Positions 51,800-59,526 of a stretch of DNA of 64,000 nucleotides are shown piece after piece. A program made the position numbers and the translations under genes. Origin of the DNA: Solobacterium sp. UBA1761 (GTDB lineage: Bacteria; Bacillota_I; Bacilli_A; Erysipelotrichales; Erysipelotrichaceae); the NCBI GenBank assembly GCA_002315565.1, contig DCHD01000002.1, forward strand, positions 17,116 to 81,115. The letters are read 5' to 3'. Numbering within the stretch: the first letter of the stretch is position 1; every line of letters starts with the position of its first letter. Below the pieces are notes generated by a model. That model made no database searches and was not told where the DNA came from. It worked only from the letters and a program-made list of their open reading frames with translations.

Positions 51800-51805
51800 A
51801 TTATA
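51800..51805 (-). promoter_or_regulatory. -10 box TATAAT 6 nt before ATG 51793 (minus); candidate leaderless promoter
   Basis: Minus strand reads TTGTATAAT-AGATTC-ATG, just downstream of the hup terminator. Confidence 0.45.
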
Positions 51806-51821
51806 CAAAGAATAAATGAAA

Positions 51822-51849
51822 TAAAAAAAGCATCATCTTTCGATGATGC
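51822..51849 (-). terminator. Intrinsic terminator after hup
   Basis: Minus strand reads GCATCATC-GAAA-GATGATGC followed by a T7 run. Confidence 0.85.
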
Positions 51850-51858
51850 ATTGTTTAA

Positions 51859-52128
51859 TTACTTGCAAGCGTCTTTAAGAGCTTTTGCAGCCTTAAATTT
51901 AGGAGCTTTTGAAGCAGCAATCTTAATCTTTTCACCAGTAGCAGGGTTTACACCAGTTCTAGCTGCTTTTTCTTTAACTTCGAATTTACCGAAACCAGCG
52001 ATATCAACTACGTTACCCTTAGCGATTTCAGCGATTACAGTTTCGAATACAGCATTAACTAATTCAGTAGCTTCTTTCTTAGAATTTGCTTTTTCAGCAA
52101 CAACTTCAATTAATTCTTTTTTGTTCAT
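51859..52128 (-). CDS. hup: DNA-binding protein HU
   Basis: MNKKELIEVVAEKA...GFGKFEVKEKAARTGVNPATGEKIKIAASKAPKFKAAKALKDA is canonical HU. SD GGAGG and a terminator downstream. Confidence 0.95.
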   Translation of the reverse strand: MNKKELIEVVAEKANSKKEATELVNAVFETVIAEIAKGNVVDIAGFGKFEVKEKAARTGVNPATGEKIKIAASKAPKFKAAKALKDACK

Positions 52129-52216
52129 TTGGATGAACCTCCTTCATAAATATTTTATTAAATAAACAGCCTATATTCAATAAAAATATAACTGTTTAAA
52201 TAATCTCGTTTATGCA

Positions 52217-53152
52217 CTATTTTATTGAGTTAGTGCTAATCTCAAGAACAAGTTCTTTTACCTGTTCATAAGTAAGATTTTTAATACCGGAAGCATTCAC
52301 ATGGCCTCCTCCACCAAATCTGATTGCAGTCTCATTTACCTGGTGGCCAAGTCTTGAACGAAGTGATACATCATAGAGATGTGTCTGTTCATTCTGCGCA
52401 ATAACACCCCAGATATTGAATTCTTCAACATTCTTGAATTCAGCAACGTTATTCTTAGCATCTGATGAACTCATATCGAGATCTTTCAGATCATTTTCAT
52501 CAAGCAGAAGATATCCGAATCTGTTGTTTACTTTCAGATAAGTTCTGAGTTTGGTAATCTTTTCAAACTCATTCAGTTTTACTTTAAAGACATAGTCATT
52601 CAGCAATGAAACATTGATGTCATCCCCTACCAGCTTTCCCGCAAGTTTCAGCGTTTTTGCTGTTGTGGATGATGTTGTAAAGCTCATTGAATCTGTAAGA
52701 ATACCGCAATAGAGATATTCTCTTGTTTTTAATGAAACTTCGTATTCATTAAATTCATCTGAACAGAATATCTCAGTCAGCAGTTCTGAACATGCTGCCG
52801 ATTCCTTTGAAACAATATTCAGATCGCCATAATTGCTTAATGGTGGATGATGATCAATCTTTACTGTTTTATCACAGAGATTTATGCGTCCATCATCAAT
52901 TCTTTCAAGGTTTGCAGTATCAAGCACAATACCCAGAGAGCCTTTGATGAAATCATCTTCAACATCTTCGTGATATGGATTTATATCATAAGTATCATTT
53001 CCACAGATATGAATCTCTTTATCAGGAAAATTGTCATTGATGAACTGTTTGAATCCTAAACACGAAAAGATAGCATCGCCATCCGGATTGGCATGTCTGA
53101 ATAACGTTATTTTCTTATAGCTTTTTAATGTATCTAAAAGTTCTTTAAACAT
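52217..53152 (-). CDS. nrnA: DHH/DHHA1 phosphoesterase (NrnA-type nanoRNase / pAp phosphatase)
   Basis: HANPDGDA, DTAN, IDHH and GGGHVNASG motifs. Confidence 0.85.
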   Translation of the reverse strand: MFKELLDTLKSYKKITLFRHANPDGDAIFSCLGFKQFINDNFPDKEIHICGNDTYDINPYHEDVEDDFIKGSLGIVLDTANLERIDDGRINLCDKTVKIDHHPPLSNYGDLNIVSKESAACSELLTEIFCSDEFNEYEVSLKTREYLYCGILTDSMSFTTSSTTAKTLKLAGKLVGDDINVSLLNDYVFKVKLNEFEKITKLRTYLKVNNRFGYLLLDENDLKDLDMSSSDAKNNVAEFKNVEEFNIWGVIAQNEQTHLYDVSLRSRLGHQVNETAIRFGGGGHVNASGIKNLTYEQVKELVLEISTNSIK

Positions 53153-54345
53153 TACAGTCCAAGGATATTGACAGTGTCTCTTACAATAGCGAGTTCTTCA
53201 TTTGTAGGAATTACAAATACACGGATCTTAGAGTCAGCAGTTGAAATTTCTTTTTCACTGTGAGTCTTTGAGTTAAGCTCGTAATCAGCTCTGATTCCAA
53301 ATGGTTCTTCAAGTTTCTTGCAGATCATTTCTCTTACAAGAGTTGCGTGTTCACCTAAACCGGCAGTAAATACCATAGCGTCAACATGACCTAACTGTGC
53401 ATAGTAACCGCCAACCATATTTACAACTCTGTTAACATACAGATCGTAAGTCAGTTTAGCTCTTTCGTTGCCTTCTTTTAATGCAGCTTCTACGTCTCTT
53501 GAATCACTTGAGATTCCAGATACACCTGCCATACCTGATTTCTTGTTCAGATATGTTTCCATTTCTTCTGGAGTGCAGTTAAGCTTTTTAGCCATGAAGT
53601 ATACGACTGTAGGGTCAATGTCACCACATCTTGTGCCCATCATGATGCCACCAAGTGGAGAAAGACCCATAGATGTATTGATGCACTTTCCACCCTTTAC
53701 AGCAGAAATAGAAGCACCAGAACCTAAGTGCATAGTGATGATGTTGATATCTTTGATATCTTTGCCCATCAGTTCAGCACATCTGTTAGCGACAAACTTA
53801 TGAGATGTACCGTGTGCACCATATTTTCTTACTTTGTAATCCTGATACCATTCATAAGGTACTGGGAACAAATATGAATCTGCTTCCATTGTCTGATGGA
53901 ATGCTGTATCAAATACGAATACATGTTCGATTTCAGGAAGTGCTTTTTTGAATGCTTCATAACATGTCAGATGAGCAGCGTTATGAAGCGGAGCGATATC
54001 GATAAGTTCTCTTACTTTATTAACTACATCTTCATCAACTTTTACTGATTCTTTAAAGTAAGGTCCACCCTGCACAATTCTGTGTCCTGCGCCTTCAATT
54101 TCTTTAAGATCTTTAACGATTCCATATTCAACAAGAGCATCAAGAAGAAGTTTAACTGCTACTTCATGATTAGGAACTGGAACTTCTTTAGAAATCTTTT
54201 CACCGTTGACATTGATTCCGAAGATTCCCATTGGCAAGCCGATTCGTTCAACGTTTCCGCTTGTCAGAACTTTTTCTTCTGGCATCTGGAAAAGCTGGAA
54301 CTTTAATGATGAACTGCCAGAGTTTACTGCAATAATTTTTGACAT
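53152..54345 (-). CDS. ackA: Acetate kinase
   Basis: MSKIIAVNSGSSSLKFQLF, HRIVQGG, GAHGTSH and IPTNEE motifs. Confidence 0.95.
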   Translation of the reverse strand: MSKIIAVNSGSSSLKFQLFQMPEEKVLTSGNVERIGLPMGIFGINVNGEKISKEVPVPNHEVAVKLLLDALVEYGIVKDLKEIEGAGHRIVQGGPYFKESVKVDEDVVNKVRELIDIAPLHNAAHLTCYEAFKKALPEIEHVFVFDTAFHQTMEADSYLFPVPYEWYQDYKVRKYGAHGTSHKFVANRCAELMGKDIKDINIITMHLGSGASISAVKGGKCINTSMGLSPLGGIMMGTRCGDIDPTVVYFMAKKLNCTPEEMETYLNKKSGMAGVSGISSDSRDVEAALKEGNERAKLTYDLYVNRVVNMVGGYYAQLGHVDAMVFTAGLGEHATLVREMICKKLEEPFGIRADYELNSKTHSEKEISTADSKIRVFVIPTNEELAIVRDTVNILGL

Positions 54346-54350
54346 AAATT

Positions 54351-54659
54351 CTATCCTTTCAAAATTTTCTTTATTCTGTCTACATAGTTTATGGCAATTT
54401 CCTTATTTTCCATTTCATCAAGGACTTTAAGAATCTTATTGTCATGTGCTATGAACTTCAGCTTATCTTCATATTCAATAAGCTGCGAAGTACTTCTTTT
54501 AATTACATCTGATACTGCTGCTTTTGTGATGCTTAGTGTTTCAGATATCTCAATCATTGTATAGTCTTCACAATAGTAGAGTTTCAATATATCAAGCTGA
54601 TGATCTGTAAGAAGATCTCCATAATAATCAATCAGAAGATTATAGTCATTACGATCCAT
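54351..54659 (-). CDS. ylxM: YlxM/p13-like putative DNA-binding protein (UPF0122)
   Basis: 102 aa with a sigma-70 region-4-like HTH (YYCEDYTMIEISETLSITKAAVSD). Immediately downstream of ftsY as in Bacillus. Confidence 0.8.
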   Translation of the reverse strand: MDRNDYNLLIDYYGDLLTDHQLDILKLYYCEDYTMIEISETLSITKAAVSDVIKRSTSQLIEYEDKLKFIAHDNKILKVLDEMENKEIAINYVDRIKKILKG

Positions 54660-55608
54660 TGCTCAGATCTCCAATAATGCTGTAAAGGTACATTTCAAAG
54701 TCAAATTCTTCAATTGCTTCGATGTTTTCACCACTTGTGAAATATCTTACCGGAATACCGGTTTCATCCTTTATCGCAAGAATAATGCCCCCTTTTGATG
54801 TACCATCCATCTTGGTGAGAATAATTCCGTTAAGGTTAGTGATTTCTTTAAAGATGGCAGCCTGAGAAAGACCGTTCTGTCCTGTATTGGCGTCCAAGAC
54901 AAGCCAGGTATTGTGAGGTGCGTTTTCGATTTCGCGACCGATTACCCTTTTCATCTTTTCAAGCTCATTCATCAGGTTCTGCTTGTTCTGAAGTCTTCCG
55001 GCTGTATCGCAGAGTATTATATCAGGATTAAGTTCTTTGGCTTTTCTTAATCCGTCAACAAGAACACTGGATGGATCCTGCCCTTCTTTTCCAAGAACAA
55101 TATCGCAGTTAAGGCGTTTTGCCCAGTTGTTTAGCTGTTCAATCGCTCCGGCACGGAATGTATCGGCAGCAATAAGCAGTACTTTTTTACCTTCATTTAT
55201 ATATCTGTTGGCAAGTTTTGCGATACTTGTTGTTTTACCTGAACCGTTTACACCTACTATCAGATTTACTGTTGGCCCGTTTTGAGCGTATACAATGTTT
55301 CCATCATCTTTGGAAACATAGAGTTCTCTAAGCGAATCAGCAACCAGATCCATAATCTGTTTTTCATCCAAGTCACTGTTTTTACCGGCTTTTTTTACAA
55401 AGATATCAACAATTTTCTGACTGGTTTTATATCCGATGTCAGCTTCAATAAGCGTAACCATCAGATCTTCAGTAAAGCTTTTTGAGTCAATGTTTCTGGC
55501 TTTAAATCTGATTTTTTTGCCAATGACATCATTGGTTCTTGTGAAACCGGAAATATAACTTTCAGATTTCTTTTTAAACAGGTTTTTTATTGAGTCAAGC
55601 AAGCCCAT
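54649..55608 (-). CDS. ftsY: Signal recognition particle receptor FtsY
   Basis: NG domain motifs GVNGSGKTTSIAKLA, DTAGRL and TKMDGTSKGG. Confidence 0.95.
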   Translation of the reverse strand: MGLLDSIKNLFKKKSESYISGFTRTNDVIGKKIRFKARNIDSKSFTEDLMVTLIEADIGYKTSQKIVDIFVKKAGKNSDLDEKQIMDLVADSLRELYVSKDDGNIVYAQNGPTVNLIVGVNGSGKTTSIAKLANRYINEGKKVLLIAADTFRAGAIEQLNNWAKRLNCDIVLGKEGQDPSSVLVDGLRKAKELNPDIILCDTAGRLQNKQNLMNELEKMKRVIGREIENAPHNTWLVLDANTGQNGLSQAAIFKEITNLNGIILTKMDGTSKGGIILAIKDETGIPVRYFTSGENIEAIEEFDFEMYLYSIIGDLSNGS

Positions 55609-55610
55609 TA

Positions 55611-58553
55611 CTACTCACCATTAACCTTATCTGTTTCAGCCATTTCAATTGCATCAACCAGTTTAACTTTCAGCATGTTGCTGACACCGCGGTTCTGCAT
55701 AGTAACGCCATACAGCACTTCACACTGTTCCATAGTACCAGGACGGTGTGTGATGACGATAAACTGTGAATCTTTAGAGAAGACTTTTGTATATTTGGCA
55801 AATCTTTCAACATTTGCCTGGTCAAGTGCAGCTTCAACTTCGTCGAATATAACAAGCGGTACAGTTCTGACTTTCAGAATAGAGAACAGTACACAGATGG
55901 CAATAAGTGTCTTTTCACCACCGGAGAACAGTCTGATTGATTTGATTGACTTTCCTGGTGGCTGAATATCGATATCGATACCGGTATTCAAAACATCAGT
56001 TGGATCTTCAAGAACAAGTTTTGCTTTTCCACCGCCAAACAGCTGGGCAAAAGTAACTGGAAGTTCATTGTTTATTCTGTTGAATGTTTCAACGAATTTC
56101 TCTTTCATTACCTTGTCCATTTCATCGATGGTTTCAAGAATCTTATCTCTTGATGCTACAAGGTCATCATAGTTTTTCTTCATGAATTCATAACGTTCAT
56201 TGACTTCGTTATATTCTTCAGGAGCAGACATGTTGATGTTGCCAAGATTGATGATGTCCTGTCTTAAAGCAAGTACTTCGCTTCTTGCGTCACCTTCAAT
56301 TTCAATATTGCAGTTTTCAAGAGCATATTCATAAGTCAGAGAATATTCACTTGAAAGTCTTAACAGATCCTGTTCAAGTCTTGTTTCGTTTGTTGCTTTG
56401 TTGGCAGTTATCTGTTTGATATGTTCGTTGGTTTCATCAATAGAACGTCTGATCATTCTGATCTGCTGTTCTTTTCTGTCGATATCGTTTGAAAGTTTGA
56501 ATCTTTCTTCACGTTTTGTCTTTATTGAAGCGTTGATGTCATCACGTTTTGTGTAAGAAGCAGAAAGTTCCTTAACTAAAGAATCAATGAATGACTCTGT
56601 ATTTTCAGCATTTTCAGGGTTGATCAGATCGTAATCTGCCTGAAGTTTGTCATACTTGGCTTTCTTGGCTTCAAGTACAGGCTCAATCTGAGCAATCGCA
56701 ATACGTTTTTCAGTAATTGATGAGTTCAGTTCATCTTTAGCTTTGTCAAACTGATCATATTTCTTGATTACGATTTCCTTATCGGCTGATAAAGAAATCT
56801 GGTCATTTTTAAGTCTTTCAAGTTCACTTGATGCGGTGATGATCGATGTTTCATTCTTTACTTTACCGCCGGTGATAGAACCGCCTTTATTTACAACTTC
56901 ACCATCTACAGTGACAATACGGTAGTTGTACTTGAGAAGTGAAGCCAGATTTGTAGCATTTTCCAGATTATCACAAAGTAATACATTGCCTAAAAGACCA
57001 TATTTAACCATGTCGTATTCTGAATCACATTCACAATACTGGTCCATGGTTCCCATATATCCTTCAGTATTCTCGGCAATTATTTCATCTTCGTGTTTGA
57101 TATCACGGTCTTTAAGTACAGTCAAAGGAAGGAATGTAGCTCTTCCTGATCTGTTTTTCTTAAGGAAATTAACTGCATTTCTTGCAGCTTCTTCATTGGT
57201 TGTAACGATATTGTAGATAGCACCGGCAAGAGCTGTTTCAAGTGCAGATTCATAATCGGCAAGCGGTTTAAGTTCCTGACCAACAACACCCATGACACCG
57301 ATAAATGATGACTTGTTGTCAATGATAGCCTTAACACCAGCCTGTGCATTTGATGAGAAAGGATCTTTAAGCAGATTTTCAAGAAGTTCAATTCTTCCAT
57401 CCACCCTTCTCAGTTTTGAAATAACTTCATCTTTTTTTAATGATGTTTCAGCGAGATTCAAAGCACATTCTTCAAGATTGCTGTTTAAAAGATCAAGGTC
57501 TCTTCTGTAATCTTCAAGACGTTTCTTTCTGTCTTCATATTCAAACTTTGCTTCTTCAAGCATGCGTTTGATTTCTTTTTCTTTTTCTTTACCTGTAGCA
57601 GATTCTAAAGTATATTTACGCTTTTCATCAATTTCAATTTTTCTTGCTTCAAGAGCCTGGATATTCTTCATTACTTCATAGAGTTCTTCCTGAAGTGTAT
57701 TTACAGTTCTATCAAGTTCTTTAAGTTTTTCTTTTTCATCAGCGAGATTGTTTTCGTTGATCTCTGCAGTTGTCTGATGCATTGCCAGAGTTGTTTCAAG
57801 GTCAAAAGAAGTCTTGGCAATTTCTTCCTTGGCATTCTTAAGATTCTTTATTTCATCAACGAGAACAGCAATTTCTATTTCTTCAAGTCTTGCTTTCTTT
57901 TCTTTGTATATTTCGGCTTTTCTTGCAGCACGTTTAAGAGGAGAAACCTGCTTTTCAAGTTCGCTTAAAATATCGTATGTTCGATCAAGATTGTCTTTTG
58001 TACGATCAAGTTTATTCAAAGATTCGATTTTTCTTTTCTTGTACTTGCTGACACCGGCTGCCTCTTCAAAGATGGCTCTTCTTTCATATGGTTTTGCATC
58101 AGCAAAAGATGAGATATTGCCCTGTGAAATAATTGACAGAGAATCTTTACCAAGGCCTGTATCAAGAATCAGGTCAATGACATCCTTAAGTCTTACAATA
58201 TTATGGTTGATCAGATATTCACCATCGTTTTCAGTTGAATAGATTCTTCTTGTTACTTCTATTTCATCAAGTTCAGAGTTAAGTATTCTATTTGTATTGT
58301 CAAATACCAGAGTTACTTCAGCCATAGATACGGCTTTTCTTCCTTCTGATCCGGAGAAAATAACATCAGTCATTTTATCGCCACGAAGTGATTTGACTGA
58401 CTGTTCACCTAAAACCCATCTTATCGCATCGATGATGTTGGATTTACCACAACCATTAGGTCCTACAACACCTGTCATAGAACTGTCAAAGTTAATAACT
58501 GTTTTATCAGGGAATGATTTGAATCCCTGCATTTCAATTCTTTTTAAAAACAT
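55611..58553 (-). CDS. smc: Chromosome condensation/segregation ATPase SMC
   Basis: 980 aa. Walker A GPNGCGKSN, long coiled-coils with a hinge, signature LFSGGEKT, Walker B LVIFDEVEAALD. Confidence 0.97.
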   Translation of the reverse strand: MFLKRIEMQGFKSFPDKTVINFDSSMTGVVGPNGCGKSNIIDAIRWVLGEQSVKSLRGDKMTDVIFSGSEGRKAVSMAEVTLVFDNTNRILNSELDEIEVTRRIYSTENDGEYLINHNIVRLKDVIDLILDTGLGKDSLSIISQGNISSFADAKPYERRAIFEEAAGVSKYKKRKIESLNKLDRTKDNLDRTYDILSELEKQVSPLKRAARKAEIYKEKKARLEEIEIAVLVDEIKNLKNAKEEIAKTSFDLETTLAMHQTTAEINENNLADEKEKLKELDRTVNTLQEELYEVMKNIQALEARKIEIDEKRKYTLESATGKEKEKEIKRMLEEAKFEYEDRKKRLEDYRRDLDLLNSNLEECALNLAETSLKKDEVISKLRRVDGRIELLENLLKDPFSSNAQAGVKAIIDNKSSFIGVMGVVGQELKPLADYESALETALAGAIYNIVTTNEEAARNAVNFLKKNRSGRATFLPLTVLKDRDIKHEDEIIAENTEGYMGTMDQYCECDSEYDMVKYGLLGNVLLCDNLENATNLASLLKYNYRIVTVDGEVVNKGGSITGGKVKNETSIITASSELERLKNDQISLSADKEIVIKKYDQFDKAKDELNSSITEKRIAIAQIEPVLEAKKAKYDKLQADYDLINPENAENTESFIDSLVKELSASYTKRDDINASIKTKREERFKLSNDIDRKEQQIRMIRRSIDETNEHIKQITANKATNETRLEQDLLRLSSEYSLTYEYALENCNIEIEGDARSEVLALRQDIINLGNINMSAPEEYNEVNERYEFMKKNYDDLVASRDKILETIDEMDKVMKEKFVETFNRINNELPVTFAQLFGGGKAKLVLEDPTDVLNTGIDIDIQPPGKSIKSIRLFSGGEKTLIAICVLFSILKVRTVPLVIFDEVEAALDQANVERFAKYTKVFSKDSQFIVITHRPGTMEQCEVLYGVTMQNRGVSNMLKVKLVDAIEMAETDKVNGE

Positions 58554-58571
58554 AGATTTTACCGCTAAAAT

Positions 58572-58580
58572 ATTATACCA
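58572..58580 (-). promoter_or_regulatory. Extended -10 (TGgTATAAT) upstream of smc
   Basis: Minus strand reads TGGTATAAT, then 18 nt with no obvious SD, then ATG 58553. Confidence 0.4.
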
Positions 58581-58599
58581 AATATACCCTCAATTCCCA

Positions 58600-58629
58600 A
58601 TAAAAAACTGATATTTTGCATATCAGTTT
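58600..58629 (-). terminator. Intrinsic terminator after the E2-like acyltransferase gene
   Basis: Minus strand reads AAACTGATAT-GCAAA-ATATCAGTTT followed by TTTTATT. The stem overlaps the stop codon. Confidence 0.8.
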
Positions 58630-59494
58630 AATTCATATCGATATCTACCGGTGTATCAAGCGGAAGTTCAAGTAATTCCGGGTTTTCAAGCAGATGTCTT
58701 AAGAGTTTTACTGTCTTAGAGAAATAATAACCATCAGCTATTCTTTCGTCGATTGTAAGTCCCAGATCGACTGAATCTTTAAGTTCTGCTTCACCTTTGG
58801 AATTAAGCAGAGCCCTTTTCTTTATTTCACCTACAATCACAAATAAAGATGTGGTTCCCCAGTTAGTAAGATGATGATATCCGGCATGAAGTTTAATTGA
58901 ACCAAGATTAGTCAAAATTGCACTCGAATAGTAAGGATCTGAGTCAATCAGAAATTGAGGAACTCTTCCATAACGGTCAAGAATGACAATAATTTTTACC
59001 AGCAGTTTTGCAATAAAACGTGGCATTTTATTAAACATATCCATCGAATCGCTTGAAGAATCACTTCCTCCACTCTTTTGAGATGTTACCTGTGTATAGA
59101 TCTTTTCGTGAATTGTATCGATTGTATCGCTTTTTTCTGCCTTTATAAACGCCAGTCCTTCTTCTCCTTTGTCTGAGAACTCTTTCTTTACGACAAATGA
59201 TGTAGAAATGTAGTTTCTCTCATATAGATTTGAATCCTGAATAAAATAATTCATCTTAGGTCTTAAAACGATACATTTCAGTATTGCAGCGTTGATAATC
59301 TGAAAAAGATTGTATTTGTATACCGGATTATTCTTGTTCTTTTTCTTTAAATATTTATCGATACTGGTTAGATCGATTGTCTCTGAAATAAATGCTTCAT
59401 TATCACATCTTTTTGGATAGATAATAGGACAGATAAAATGCATGGGGTCGACATGTCTTAACATTTTTCCGTCTTTTCTGTCATAAATAGCCAT
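58628..59494 (-). CDS. Standalone 2-oxoacid-dehydrogenase E2 / CAT-like acyltransferase catalytic-domain protein (catalytic His apparently replaced)
   Basis: The C-terminal LGLTIDERIADGYYFSK aligns with the E2 catalytic motif DHRxxDG but carries Glu at the His position. No lipoyl or subunit-binding domains. SD GGAGGTG. Confidence 0.55.
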   Translation of the reverse strand: MAIYDRKDGKMLRHVDPMHFICPIIYPKRCDNEAFISETIDLTSIDKYLKKKNKNNPVYKYNLFQIINAAILKCIVLRPKMNYFIQDSNLYERNYISTSFVVKKEFSDKGEEGLAFIKAEKSDTIDTIHEKIYTQVTSQKSGGSDSSSDSMDMFNKMPRFIAKLLVKIIVILDRYGRVPQFLIDSDPYYSSAILTNLGSIKLHAGYHHLTNWGTTSLFVIVGEIKKRALLNSKGEAELKDSVDLGLTIDERIADGYYFSKTVKLLRHLLENPELLELPLDTPVDIDMN

Positions 59495-59526
59495 ATAACA
59501 CCTCCAAACAAATTACTATTATAGGA

